Shown here one piece after another: positions 12,311-26,659 of a stretch of DNA of 64,000 nucleotides (the stretch's first letter is position 1; each line of letters begins with the position of its first letter). The stretch is from NCBI GenBank assembly GCA_951406725.2, contig OX597824.1, positions 85,188,001 through 85,252,000 of the forward strand, read 5' to 3'. This DNA is from Octopus vulgaris. Its lineage: Eukaryota. A program made the position numbers and the translations under genes. The notes under the pieces are model-generated. The model did no database searches and was not told where the DNA came from. It saw only the letters and a list, made by a program, of their open reading frames with translations.

Positions 12311-13920
12311 AAGGCGGTGAGCTGGCAGAACCGTCAGCGTGTAGGACAAAATACGTAACACCGTATTTCTTCCAGCGAGCTGGCAGAAACGTTAGCACGC
12401 CGGGCGAAATGCGTAGCCGTATTTCGTCTGCTGCTACGTTCTGAGTTCAAATTCCGCCGAGGTCGACTTTGCCTTTCATCCTTTCGGGGTCGATTAAATA
12501 AGTACCGGTTACGCACTGGGGTCGATATAACCGACTTAATCCGTTTGTCTGTCTTTCTTTGTCCTCTCTGTGTTTAGCCCCTTGTGGGTAGTAAAGAAAT
12601 AGGTATTTCTTCCAGTTCTTTACGTTCTGGGTTTAAATTCCGTTGATGTCATACATTCAGGGTCGATAAGATAAGTACTAGTTGCGCACTGACGTTAGAT
12701 TTAATAATCAAGTGACCCCCTTCCACCTAAAACTATTAACCTTGCACCAAAATTAAAAGCAGCGAGCAGGCAGAAAAACCAGCGCACCGGACAAAATGCT
12801 TAGCGGTATTTAGTCCGCTGGCAGAATCGTTAGCACGCCGGGCGAAATGCTTGGGGGTATTTCGTCTGCCGCTACGTTCTGAGTTCAAATTCCGCCGAGG
12901 TCGACTTTGCCTTTCATCCTTTCGAGGTCGATAAATTAAGTACCAGTTACGCACTGGAGTCGATATAACCGACTTAATCCGTTTGTCTGTCTTTCTTTGT
13001 CCCCTCTGTGTTTAGCCCCTTGTGGGCAGTAAAGAAATAGGTATTTCTTCCAGTTCTTTACGTTCTGGGTTTAAATTCCGTTGAGGTCATACATTCAGGG
13101 TCGATAAGATAAGTATTAGTTGCGCACTGACGTTAGATTTAATAATCAAGTGACCCCCTTCCACCTAAAACTATTAACCTTGTACCAAAATTAAAAGCAG
13201 CGAGCAGGCAGAAAAACCAGCACACCGGACAAAATGCTTAGCGGTATTTCCGTAAGGCGGAGAGCTGGCAGAAACGTTAGCACGCCGGGCGAAATGCTTA
13301 ACGGTATTTCGCTTGTCGTTACGTTGTGAGTTCAAATTCCGCCGAGGCTGACTTTGCCTTTCATCCTTTCGGGGTCGATAAATTAAGTACCAGTTACGCA
13401 CTGGGGTCGATGTAATCGACTTAATACCTATGTCTGTCCTTGTTTGTCCCCTCTATGTTCGGCCCCTTGTGGGTAGTAAAGAAATAGGTATTTCGTCCGA
13501 CTTTACGCCCTGAGTTCAAATTTCTCCGAATTCGACTTTGCCTTTCATCCTTTTGGAGTGGTTAAGACAAGAACTAGTTAAGTCCTGTAATCCTATTTTC
13601 GGAGGTCGATAAAATAAGTGCCAGTTAAGTACAGGGGTCGATGTAATCCTATATTCGGAGGTCAATACAATACGTACCAGATGATATAATCGACTTATCT
13701 TCTAACCCGAAATTGTTGGCCTAGTGCCAAAATTTGATACCAATAAAAGTGGTGAGCTGATATAATCGTTAGCGAGTCGGATAAAATGCATAGCAGCGTT
13801 TTCTCCGGCGTTTTACGTTCTGGGTCCAAATTTCGCTGAAGCCGATATTTCTTCTCATCCTTTCGGGTGTCGACTTACCTCTTCCCATAAAATTGCTGAC
13901 CTTGGGCCAAAATTTGTAAC
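12311..13920 (+). mobile_element. Cluster of nested and tandemly duplicated SINE family C copies
   Basis: At least six SINE heads or cores; a unit of about 438 bp is duplicated (12378-12811 and 12817-13249). Confidence 0.9.
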
Positions 13921-14721
13921 CATTAAGCGTTGCATTAGGTTTTTATTAAAATAACATATTTCAACGCTTTCTTTGCTGCAGAAGATAGTGACAGTCAAAA
14001 GGAAGGCAAAATAGTAGGGAATAACATGTTATTCTTTATGTAGAATTCACGAATCGTATGATTTAGTGAAAGCCAATTACGGAGCCTCTGAAAAACCACT
14101 CAAACAGCATAGTTTTTTCAAGGAAACGGCGAACTGGCAAAGTCAAATAAAATTTTATTTGTTTCGGCTTTCTGCGCTCTAATTTCAAATCATGCCTTTC
14201 ATTCTTTCGGTAGTGGCAGTCCAGGGCGATGGAAAGGCGGAATTGTTGAGCAAGATACCTAGTGGTATTTCTTCCGCTCTTTTAGCGTTCCGAGCTCTTT
14301 ATGGTAGCCTTAACTCTTGTCCAAGTTTAACACTACCAGCAGGTCTTTGGGAACGTTTGGCGAAGACTACTCTATAGCAAGCATTTGGGCTAGACTTCCG
14401 CTTTGAGGCTAATTTACTCCTTTTCTTCTGTCAGTCCCGGAAGACAGGAGAAAAAAATTAAAAAGAATTAGCAGATGTTGGTGTGTTTACACCCTCATAA
14501 TCTAGTGGTTCGGCAAAAAGGGTTCGCTAGAATAAGCAGCAAATATGTACTGGGGTTAATTTCGATCCACTAAAACCTTCAGGTCGGTGCTCCAGCATGA
14601 TCACAGTCTCATGACTGAAACAATGAAAAGAGTAGAAAGGTCAAGGACACTGACCTTTCATTCTTGACTGAACGGTAAGAAAGTCACACACACACAACTG
14701 TCTTAAATATAAGAAGCAAGG

Positions 14722-14978
14722 GCGTAAAGACGGACGAAATACCTATTTCTTTACTACCCACAAGGGGCTAAACACAGAGGACACAACCAATGACAGGCAA
14801 ACGGATCAAGTCGATTACGTCGACTCCAGTGCGTAACTGGTACTTAATTTATCGACCCCGAAATGATGAAAGGCAAACTCGACCTCGGCGGAATTTGAAC
14901 TCAGAACCTAGCGGCAGACGAAATAAACACGCTAAGCATTTCGCCCGGCGTGCTAATGTTTCTGCCAGCTCGCCGCCC
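14722..14978 (-). mobile_element. SINE family C, tail type 1
   Basis: Reverse complement of 15464-15698. Confidence 0.9.
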
Positions 14979-15463
14979 TATCTGATCGATAAGTATCTCT
15001 TGTTCTGATCGATAAGTACCTCTTGTTGAAATATCACGCACACAATTTACATTGAGAAATGTTTATCTGTTACGGCATTAAGTATATATAAGTCTACAAA
15101 AGGTGCGGCTGTGCTAATGTTGAAATTCGTGTTATAGAAGAGAGAGAAACTTCGAAGAAAACCAGTCAGAAGCGACAGCCTCATATTCATCTGGTCGACA
15201 TGTTTCATCTTCTGATGTAAAGTGGTGTTTATGTAGTTATAGGATGTATAAATACTTTAATCGGAAACAGACCTCTTGTACACTTACAAGAACAGCGTGT
15301 TTATTTTTAAGCACCTTTGGTTAAACAGGCATTTGAGAGAATTGAGGCACCCGATACAACACATCTAAATGCACGGTTCAAACTTGACAACGGAGTCTCA
15401 ACATTCGTCAATATCTCGTATCTCCTGACGTTTCTATCCATAAAAGCAGTATTAGATGAAAAT

Positions 15464-15698
15464 AAGGCGGCGAGCTGGCAGAAACGTTAGCACGCTGGGC
15501 GAAATGCGTAGCCGTATTTCGTCTGTCGTTACGTTCTGAGTTCAAATTCCGCCGAGGTCGACTTTGCCTTTCATCCTTTCGTGGTCGATAAATTAAGTAC
15601 CAGTTATGCACTGGGGTCGATGTAATCGACTTAATCCGTTTGTCTGTCCTTGTTTGTCCCCTCTGAGTTTAGCCCCTTGTGGGTAGTAAAGAAATAGG
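15464..15698 (+). mobile_element. SINE family C, full length, with target-site duplication
   Basis: AGGCGGCGAGCTGGCAGAAACGTTAG...GTAAAGAAATAG flanked by GTATTAGATGAAAAT on both sides. Confidence 0.92.
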
Positions 15699-16078
15699 TA
15701 TTAGATGAAAATGACAATAACAGTTTAAGAGTTGATTAGCGAACCAACTCTCAGAGAAAAATATTGACAGCAATTATATATTAGGCGTAGATGTGGATAT
15801 GTTAAGAAATATGTGATTGCCAACCACACGGTTCCGGGCTCAGTCTAATTGCATGGCACCTTGGGCAAGTGTCGTCTACTATGGCCCCGGCTCAGTCAAA
15901 GCCTTGTGAGGGGATTTGTTGGACGGAAACTGAAAGAATCTCGTCGTTTGTGTGTGTGTGTATGTGTATAAATATATATAGGGTGAATTCATTAAAAAAA
16001 ACCCCCACAAAAGAAGAAGACAGGTGGTGTAGACAACAAACAGATGTATTAGTATAACGCTCGGGAAGTGATAAAGTC

Positions 16079-16112
16079 TTTAACGTTTCGAGCCTACGCT
16101 CTTCCACAGAAA
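16079..16112 (-). ncRNA. Minimal hammerhead-like motif of a Penelope-like LTR remnant (A6U core variant)
   Basis: Minus strand reads TTT-CTGTGGA-A-GAGC-GTAG-GCTC-GAAA-CG-TT-AAA. Confidence 0.55.
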
Positions 16113-16179
16113 TGAACACAGAAAGAAACAAGGAGAGAAAATAAAATAAAAATAAGAGAGAAAATAAACAGGAGAGAAA

Positions 16180-16235
<56 letters not shown>

Positions 16236-16627
16236 GTTAATTAGTGTGTGTGTGTGTGTGAGTCTGACACTCTTGACAGCTTGACAAATGGTGTTGGTGT
16301 GTTTATGTCCTAGGAACTTAGCGTTTCGTTAAAAAGACTGATACAATAAGTACCAGATTTAAAAATAAATAAGTACTGGGATCGATTCATTCGACCAAAT
16401 ATTCTTTGAGGCGGTACCCCAAAATGGTCGTAGTCTAATGACTGAAACAAGTAAGAGGTAAAAGATGTACTTGCTGGCTGTTATGTCAGTCAGCATCGGT
16501 GATACCTCGCAACCAAATTGTTTCAATGTTAACGCTTTCGGTGGCTCAGAGAAAACGTTCACTAGCAATCTCCTTTGCAACTATGTAATAATAGTACCTT
16601 AAATATTATTTTTTTTCTTTCTAACAT

Positions 16628-17025
16628 AGCTGTGTGGCAAGTTATTTGCTTACCAACCACATGGTTCTGAGTTCAGTCCCGCTGCGTGGCACCTTGGGCA
16701 AATGTTATAGCCTCGGGCCGACCAAAGCCTTGTGAGTGGATTTGATAGACGGAAACTGAAAGAAGCCCGTCGTGTATGTATATATATATATATATATGTA
16801 TGTGTATATGTTTATGTGTCTGTGTTTGTCCCCCTCAACATCGCTTGACAACCGATGGTGGCGTGTTTACGCCCCCGTAACTTAGCGGTTCGGCAAAAGA
16901 GACCAATAGAATAAGTACTAGCTAGGCTTACAAAGAATAAGGCCTGGGGACGATTTGCTCGACTAAAGGCGGTGCTCCAGCATGGCCGCAGTCAAATGAC
17001 TGACGCAAGTAAAAGAGTAAAAGAG
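16628..17025 (+). mobile_element. SINE family B, full length, with internal (TA)n/(TG)n
   Basis: tRNA-like head GCTGTGTGG...GGTTCTGAGTTCAGTCCC, core GGCACCTTGGGCAA, tail AAGTAAAAGAG. Confidence 0.9.
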
Positions 17026-17094
17026 AGAGTAAGAGCAGTATTAAACAAAACTCCAATCTTCTAATCTTTACCCAAGCAACAGAGACTTTAAAAA

Positions 17095-18244
17095 AAATGA
17101 CAGAAAAATACCAAGAAGATTTCGTAAGGTTTTTACTTCAGCTTGGTGTTAGAAACACTGATAGTAGAAGATGCATTTCAGAATCTGAGCTCGCGGTGGT
17201 TCGAAATTGAAATTTTTCTAGTGGATGAGGTGCTATCCAATACAGTACTGGATGATTATGCGACACAAATTCTATTATCTCCAGGAAATTGCGACTAAAT
17301 ATTTAACGAAGCAGTGGAGACATTCCTAAGAGAAACAGCTCCGTGTTTAAGTGGTAACATAAAGAAGGAAGAAGACAGAATTAGCTATTCACCTGACTTT
17401 TTGAATCTACTCGCTCCAGATGGAATGTCGCTTTATAAATTTAATTAAGAGCGTGGTACAGTTGTTATGCTCTTATCCATTTAGTAGGATTATGTAGCTG
17501 GAAAACGATTAGCCGTCTAAAAGAAACTTGCACAGAAGCAGGAAATTTCATCTATAAAACTCTGATCAAGTGTTACTGATTTTCCTCTTGTTTTAAACAG
17601 AGATCGCTTTTCGTTAAGTTTAACGCTTTCGGTAACAATAAGTCTCAAGAATAAACATTCGAGAAGAATACACGATTTATTCGTGAATTAAGTGTTTTCT
17701 CTGGACAATTTCTATGTAACTTTTCCTAGAGCGTGTTCACTTTTTGACGTAAATATAAAAATAATACTTAATGAGTCTCAAAGAAGACAAGGCGGCGAGC
17801 TGGCAGAACAGTTAGCACGCCGGACGAAATGCGTAGCCGTATTTCGTCTGCCGTTACGTTCTGAGTTCAAATTCCGCCGAGGTCGACTTTGCCTTTCATC
17901 CTTTCGGGGTCGATAAATTAAGTACCAGTTACGCACTGGGGTCGATGTAATTGACTTAATCCGTTTGTCTGTCCTTGTTTGTCTCCTCTGTGTTTAGCCC
18001 CTTGTGGGTAGTAAAGTAGAATAAGGTAACAAATTCATAAGAAAGAATAAGCTTTCAAAGATGCCCTGTCCTAAGAAATGCACGTTCAATATCACCTATG
18101 TAGAATTTAACGGTACCCAGAGTCAAATGATCTTGGAAAAATAAATTTCAAAAGGAATTTAGTATTCCATAGCTCCCTGTAAACCTCCAGCAATCATAAA
18201 CTTATCAAAATAACATTGAAATTTCTACGCATGCGGATTGCTAG
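17095..18244 (+). mobile_element. Helitron PIF1-family helicase C-terminal remnant, interrupted by a SINE C
   Basis: FVRFLLQLG, ILLSPGN, YSPDFLNLLAPDGMSLYKFN*ERGTVVMLL, TDFPLVLNRDRFSLSLTLS, NKSQE*TFEK, GQFYVTFPRA, corresponding to PIF1 motifs INKSQGQT and HGQLYVAxSR. Possible 3' end CGCATGCG...CTAG at 18228-18244. Confidence 0.75.
17789..18015 (+). mobile_element. SINE family C, full length
   Basis: Near-identical to 15464. Confidence 0.9.
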
Positions 18245-18281
18245 GTTAAATGAAATCTTATCGGTTGATGCAACATCTCGT

Positions 18282-18632
18282 GGTTGCTTCCCAACCACAT
18301 AGTTCCAGGTTCAGTCCCACTGCGTGGCATTTTGTGGGGCAAGTGTCTTCTACTATAGCCTCGGGCTGACCGAAGCCTTGTGAGTGGATTTGGTAGATGG
18401 AAACTGAAAGAAGCCCATATATATATATATATATATATTTATGCGTGTGATTTTGTGTCTATGTTTGTTCCCCCACCATCGCTTGACAACCGATGTTGGT
18501 GTGTCTATGTCCCCGTAACTTAGCGGGAACATAGAATAAGTGCTAGGCTTACAAAGAATAAGTCCTGGGGTTGATTTCTTTCCAGTGGTGCTCCAGCATG
18601 ACTGGAGTAAAATGACAAACATGTAAAAGAAT
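18282..18632 (+). mobile_element. SINE family B
   Basis: Similar to 38748-39150, with deletions. Confidence 0.85.
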
Positions 18633-18762
18633 TAATGAATATATATATATACATATAAGTATATATATATGGGTGTGTGTGTGTGTATGTATGTGCGTGT
18701 GTGTATATATGTGTAAATACATGTGTATATATATTTGTGTGTGTATATATATATGTATATTA

Positions 18763-18815
<53 letters not shown>

Positions 18816-19161
18816 CCAGTTTCTTATCTTGTATATATATATGTATACATACACACGCTGCTTTTCAGTCCAGTCTTGAGTGTGTTCTTCAGCATACTGA
18901 TTGCATCAGAGTTTATAAACCTTGAGGTGTAGGGTTCTGCTATTGTTTGTATGGAATTGCATCGACTTTTATTGTTTCCGTTGTTTGGCTCATTCCATGT
19001 TGAGGCTTATTAAGGTCAAATATTTAATTGGATCTAGCAAGAAGCTTTAAGTGGTTATTAGACATAATACATCAGGAAATTTGTAGCATTAGATTCGTTG
19101 AGTTTAATATTAGCCAGTCATTATGCTACGGTCGACTTATGACATGTATGTACACACACTG

Positions 19162-19393
19162 AAGGCGGCGAGCTGGCAGAAACGTTAGCGCGCCGGATGA
19201 AATGCTTAGCGGTATTTCGTCTGCCGTTACGTTCTGAGTTCAAATTTCGCCGAGGTCGACTTTGCCTTTCATCCTTTCGGGGTCGATAAATAAAGTACCA
19301 GTTTCGTACTGGGGTCGATGTAATCGTCTTAATCGCTTTGTCTGTCCTTGTTTGTCCCCTCTATGTTTAGCCCCTTGTGGGTAATAAAGAAAT
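19162..19393 (+). mobile_element. SINE family C, full length, with target-site duplication
   Basis: Flanked by ATGTATGTACACACAC on both sides. Confidence 0.9.
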
Positions 19394-19439
19394 ATGTATG
19401 TACACACACACACACACACACATACAAACAGACACGCAC

Positions 19440-19474
<35 letters not shown>

Positions 19475-19517
19475 AACACACACACACAACACACATACAA
19501 ACAGACACGCACACATA

Positions 19518-19595
<78 letters not shown>

Positions 19596-20014
19596 CATAC
19601 ACGTATTTGGTGTTTGTCTTCTTTCAATATGGCAATGTTTTGTGACTCCCCTGAAAGAAGACAAGTGTGTAGCAGGACGGTTTAAGGAAAAATTAAAACA
19701 AAATTCCCCGTCTATATAAAGACCTAGAGTACCCAACACCAAGTCCAACGTACCACACTCCTTAACCTATCTATTACATCGTATATTGTTTCAATTTTTA
19801 ATTCTACTGATTTACTTAACCACGTGACTCTCTTTTCCTAATCCCCGTCCATTTTCGTCCACTTCAAAACTACAGAGCTAGTTTATTAAAAAATTGTTTT
19901 TTTTCATTATAAATGCATTTTTGAAGCCTTTTCTTAAAGTAATATAAATTAATTCCACAACTATTTACCTTTATTTTATCTATTTTGCAATCTTAATATT
20001 TTATTCATGATTAA

Positions 20015-20740
20015 TTTCGTCTGTCTTTACGTTCTGAGTTCAAATTCCACCGAGGTCGACTTTAACTTTCGTCATTTCGGGGTCGATAAATTAAGTACCA
20101 GTTCCGTACTGGGGTCGATCTAATCGACTGGCCCCCTCTCCCTAAATTTCGGGCCTTGTGCCTCGAGCAGAAAAGAATATCTTATTCTTGTTTAATATCA
20201 TGAAAAAAAATTATTTTGTTTTTATTGATATTTTCATTATTACTATTATCATATTTACCATTTCCTACAATTATTTTACTTTTTATATGTAATATCGTGA
20301 GCTGGCAGAATCGTTTGGACGTCGGGCAAAATGCTTAGCAGCATTTCGTCCGTCTTCACGTTCTGGGTTCAAATTCCGCCGAGGTTGACTTTATCCTTCA
20401 TCATTTCGAGGTCGATAAATTAAGTACCAGTGAAATAAAGGGGTCGATGTAATCGACCAGTCCCCTGCGCCCAAATTTCAGGCCTTGTGCCTTACGTAAA
20501 AAGGATTATTAGCGAAGCTGAGGGCGGCGACCTGGCGGAATCGTTAGCACGATGGGACAAATACTTAGTAGCATTTCGTCCGCCTGCACGATCTGAGTTC
20601 AAATTCCGCCGAGGTCAACTTTGCCTTTCATCCTTTCGGGGTTGATAAAATAAGAACCAGGTGAGTACTGGGGTTGATGTAATTGCCTTCCCCCCTCCCC
20701 CTAAATTTCAGGTCTTGTGCCTATAGTAGAAAGGATTATC
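20015..20740 (+). mobile_element. Three SINE family C copies with tail type 2
   Basis: Cores near 20060, 20390 and 20620, each followed by CCCCT..AAATTTC.GG.CTTGTGCCT..AAAAG.AT. Confidence 0.85.
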
Positions 20741-20974
20741 AGCACAGCTTTATTTGTGTTTATTTTTCCTCATCTCATTTTTCCTGGGTATAAGTGTAAA
20801 AACTGCATCCTTTTGCTAAGCCGTGTCGAACCAGTGGCTCAGAATAGGTTCATCAAACCAGTATGATTTCAAGCTCAAATTCACGGCCTCCACATCAGAC
20901 TGTGTTTGTTGGACAAAACATGTTAAGACCTTCGTCCTGCTGTGGACTAAACATAAGCAATCTAATCCAAACCA

Positions 20975-21260
20975 ATCATGTTTAGGATCCTAGTTGGAAG
21001 ACACTTCTCTTCCACAGCTCATGCATGTATGGCTGGGGTCTTGCCGTTGCTAGTTTTTATCTTTGCGGTTCTTGCCTGGTCAAGTGCTGAAATGGCGTTT
21101 AATGATTGGCTATCTGTTGCTGCGAGCTGCATTTCTGGCAGCATTACTTTAAAGTCTTTGATGATACTGTTCATTTGATTCTGCTGCCCTCAGAGCAGAA
21201 TCGAATGCGTTCGGTAGCAAATAACTTTGTAGATGAGCTAAAATTTTGTGTGGCTTTTCT
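20975..21260 (-). pseudogene. Possible Helitron Rep-helicase N-terminal remnant
   Basis: SALRAAESNEQYHQRL*SNAARNAAR then, after a frameshift, WKRSVFN*DPKHD; resembles the RAxETxEQxxxRL repeats and FNYDP motif of animal Helitrons. Confidence 0.4.
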
Positions 21261-21790
21261 TGTTAAACAAGACAGAAAAAAAACTTCTATATAAAGATGA
21301 ACAATGAAAACTGTACACAAACACTGATGTTGTAGAATGAAATTATTACAGTTTGGTACTGAGCTGTGGCTCATAATGTCAAAAAGTAAAAGTAAAAATG
21401 GGACTTCAAAAGATGGTAGGGCTTACGGTTCGAGTGACAATGTATGGAAAGACAGTGTTTTTGTGACTTTTCTAAAAACTAACTTTTGATGCGAAACCTC
21501 TGAAAATACTGACAAATGTTTAAGAAGAGCAGTGTTAAAAGAGAAAGAGATAAGGAGAGAGAGAGTGAGAGAAAGAGAGGGAGAGGAAGGGAGATAGAAA
21601 GAGCGAGGGAGAGTGAGAGTGGGTAGAATTAACGAAAGTAAAGTCGTAAGAGAAAGATAGAGAAATAGATAACAATATTGTTTATTTTTTTCCTTCGTCT
21701 CCACCTATTTTTCAATTGTTCATGTTTCTTGTGCTTCAGACGCGAAAAAGTTTTCAAGGTCCATGAAGAGCAGTAAGTGTTGTGAGGGAA

Positions 21791-21839
<49 letters not shown>

Positions 21840-21917
21840 GTGGGGGAGAGAAATAAATAGCGATATCTATGACATCATTCGTAACAATTATCATTCAGTG
21901 AAGAAAAAAATGAAGTA

Positions 21918-21970
<53 letters not shown>

Positions 21971-22200
21971 GAGGAGAGATAAGGGAGAGAGAGCATATAT
22001 GAAGAATGAAAGAGGATGAAGAATAGGAGGAAAAGTAAAACATACAGTCTTATAGGGAGGCAGCATAGGTGGAACAAACGAATGTTACATGAGCCTGAGA
22101 GGTACGGAGGAGAATCAGACGTATATGTATGTAAATACATGCACGTACACACACATACACACACACACGCTTAGGCATGTGTGTATACATACAGAATGAA

Positions 22201-22281
<81 letters not shown>

Positions 22282-23030
22282 GAGAGATTTCTTTTGATGG
22301 GTTATTGATTGAAGTGTTCGTCTTGTGTCACAAATGTTTGAGAAACAGGAGAAAAATTGAATATCAACGAGATTTGAACTCGGATACAGAGAAATGGGGA
22401 ACTAAAAGCTCTTGAAAATTACCAAAAATTACCAAAAAATACGAAGTTTATTTTAGAACAACGCTTTCTACAAAGTACCAACAAATTGGTTTAGCTGAGA
22501 GCCGATATCTTCCTGAACGGAAAGACGTCCATTGCCACGCAAAGTGAAAAGTTAATTTCTTTTTTTTAGAAATGAAAATTTTATAATTTTATATAACATT
22601 GGTTTCAAAATTGGCACAAGCCCAGCAATTTCGGAGAATGGAGCTAGTCGTACTTATCTTATCGACCTCGAAAGGATGAAAGGCAAAGTCGACCTCGGCG
22701 GAATTTGAACTTAGAACATAAAGACGGACGATTTATCACTGCCTTATAATTTTATATAATATTGAAGTTCTGTTTGTACTATCTGAATGTCAAATAATAG
22801 ATGAAAGTATAAAATAATATTTAGCCAGTTATATATGTATATAATACGTAATAAAATCAACTCTACCACTTAGAAACGTCTAATTAGTTTTTCCCACTTA
22901 CAAATGTCTAATAGGTAATTAGTTTTTCATATGTCAAAATACAGAGAAAAATACTAAATTTCATGATTGCATTGAAACTTTTGGACAGCGATAAATATGG
23001 CGTTTACTAGTATAGCATAACGCACGCACG

Positions 23031-23061
<31 letters not shown>

Positions 23062-23104
23062 ACATACACACACACATACGCACACACACACACACATACA
23101 CACG

Positions 23105-23169
<65 letters not shown>

Positions 23170-23509
23170 GTCAGTCACTTTCCGTGAGTAAATTCTCTGG
23201 AAAGGCAGAGTGCATGAATGAAGTAAATTGTCAACAAACCTCCTTATCACGCAGAGACAATGCGTTGTAGCATTTTCATGCATTCCTGAGACAAAAGTCT
23301 TAATGTCAGATTCTTACAAACACACTTTCACTTGATATAGGACACAAGAAGCATGAGATGTATAAAAGTGCATTTCTTTTCATCTCCAAAAGAATCATAC
23401 AACCACTACAGTTTCTGGTCACGTATTGGTTTAACACTTTTAATTACACACAGCTACTCTTCATAAGACAGCTGTCCAAAAGTTCTTACAAGATTCATTG
23501 TTCATACTT

Positions 23510-23953
<444 letters not shown>

Positions 23954-26411
23954 CAATGGCAAAAAAAAAACAAAAACAAAGGAGTTATATTTTGAAATCA
24001 TTTTCCTAAAAATTAGATTAATCACGCAAGACAAAACAATGTTACTGACAAACGTAGACAACTGATATCTTTGAAAAAAAATTGTTCCTTAAACTATAGG
24101 CACAAAGTCTGAAATTTTGTGGGGAGGGGCTAGTCGATTATATTGACCCCAGTGTTCAGCTGGTACTTTTTTTATCGTCCCTGGAAGGATGAAAAACAAA
24201 GTCGATATCGGTAGAATTTGAACTCCAAATGTAAAACCAGAACAAATACCGGTGCGTTAATGATTCTGCTGGTTCTGAAGTATTAAAGAACAACAAAAAA
24301 AGTAACAATGAAAGTATTTTTCAGACGTGTCAGTTATATATTGTTCGCTTATGAAAACTCCCCAGTCTACAGCGAAAAGCAGAACTTATTCTGTTTATAA
24401 GTCAATGAATTTAATGCACCACCGTTAGATGGTGTATTTGTAATCGTTAAGTAGTTATACTAACCAATGGTGATTCATTATCTGATTATTGCTGTTTCGA
24501 AAAGAAATTTGATCTAATTTCCTTTTATCTTCTCTTACTTGTTTCAGTCTGTGGATTGCGACCATGCTGGAACACCGCATTGAAGACCCCAATACTTACT
24601 TTTTAAAATCTGGTGCATATTTTATCGGTCTGTTTTGCCGAAACAAACTAACACCAGTTGTCAAACTGTGATGGTAGGTGACAAACATGTTCAGCGAACC
24701 CTCATTAAATCGTACACACTGGGGAAGCGGTTGTTTGTTTTTATCGATTGTCTAAGTCAACCGATTGCAGGGTTAATATGTTATGTTTATACGATATTAG
24801 ACTTATATAAACACTAAAAATGGAAGAACATGCGATAAATATATAACTAAATACAATAAAAAAATAGATTTTATAAATTATTCAAGATTAATTATATAAT
24901 TTAAAAATTCAAAAGTTAATACTGTAGATTGTTAATTTCTTTTACCTGTGGTAGATGAGAGAAAAGTTTGATATAATGGAAATATGAATTAGTAGAGCTA
25001 TGATGATCCAATGACCCATATTCTTAGTGCCGCCGCAGCAACTCTGAGTTTCTACAAAACGGACGTTGTTACAACAAAAATATGGACACATAACCCACTT
25101 CGACACTACACCCTAAATATTTGTATCTTTTACTACTCTCAAATAAATGCTTTAGACTTTGCACCAAAGAAAACACATTATTCGAAAGTGTTTTCTTTTT
25201 ATGATCATACTCTTCTTTGAAGTGTCAGCCTTTAACTTCCTTATAAATTCCAGTATCAGTTCGCAGAGATGCACATATTTCTTTAGATTTATTTTCCTTG
25301 AGAGCTGTAAAAATTGTCAAATCTCTGAAATATCAAGGAAAATTGCAAAACAGCACAAGTTGTTTTGGGTTGGTGGTTATTGCTACAGAGGGCACTGAAA
25401 TATGCTAAACCTACTAATTTAGCATATTACACAAAAGTAAACAAAGTGTAGTCTATTTCGAACTGATTTAATATTTGTCCCTTAGTGTGTATTATTTGAT
25501 AAAAAAATAAATTATACATGGTTCTGTAAAAATAAAATTATAACAGAAACAAGTTTGAGTTAATAAATTTTCAACGAATTTATACTTACTATTTCTCACC
25601 ACGAAACGTAATATTTATTTGACGAGTGTATGAAAGCGAATAATAAAGAGTTAGTAATAGGGCGAAGATGACAAAAAGAAGCAAAGGAAAAAGAGTGTAA
25701 ATGATTTCGAATACTAGGCGAATTAAAGGGAAAGCGAGTTAATGGGTCGTATATAGTGCAATAAAGAAGATAGTATGTGTTTTACTGAAGAATGTCAAAT
25801 AAATAATTGGATGTGGAGTAGCGAAAAGTTTCCCTTCGGTCCTTATTTTTTCATGGCCCCGTTATCCTACAGTCTTTTTTGTACATAGATAAAACTAAAT
25901 GTGGGGCAAGCAGAGCTGTTTCAGATAAAAACCCAAAAAAACTGTACATATATTCCATATCAGGGGACTGAAAATTTAGTTTTTATTTAAGAAGAATTAG
26001 CCATCTTTGGTGGGTATACACTCAGAATATAAAATATGCTTCTAAACCACTGAGACTCAAAGATGGCAGCGGAAATTAACACTGATAGTCACTATCTTTA
26101 CTTATTTTTCGTTCTGTTCATCTGATATCTTGCTCAGTGGAGTAAGGTCTAACGCTGTTCCATTGTATATAATTTTATACACACAAAAATACATCGATGC
26201 ATTTATCCCACTCACACACGCACAAAGGCATTCTCTGTGTTCTGGAAGCTTTTCATTCCTGCAGATCTTTCTGTAATGAGGAGTTCCGCAGTACGAAACT
26301 TTTGTTTACTAAGTTCCATATAGAATAGAAATCAATAAAAAATAGATTTTGCGTTAGGGAAATTCATGTCACGGTAAAATTTCCGAGAATGCTTTTTTAA
26401 CGTTGGGGTGC

Positions 26412-26512
<101 letters not shown>

Positions 26513-26659
26513 ATGTAGAACACACATGCGAGAGTTAACTCGAAAGTGATGCAAAATGGGAATTCCTTTTCATTAAACGATATAGGTGGTTCAAGTGGCA
26601 CATATTGGTAGAGTGACTCATTCTCTCCCGTAACTCCTCTTCCTGCCTTTCTTCATTTC

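Noticed and set aside
12334-13401. Recurrent small ORFs MRNWYLIYRPRKDERQSRPRR suggesting a peptide family
   Set aside because: Antisense translation of SINE family C; the same applies to MFIERKHLK ORFs from SINE A.
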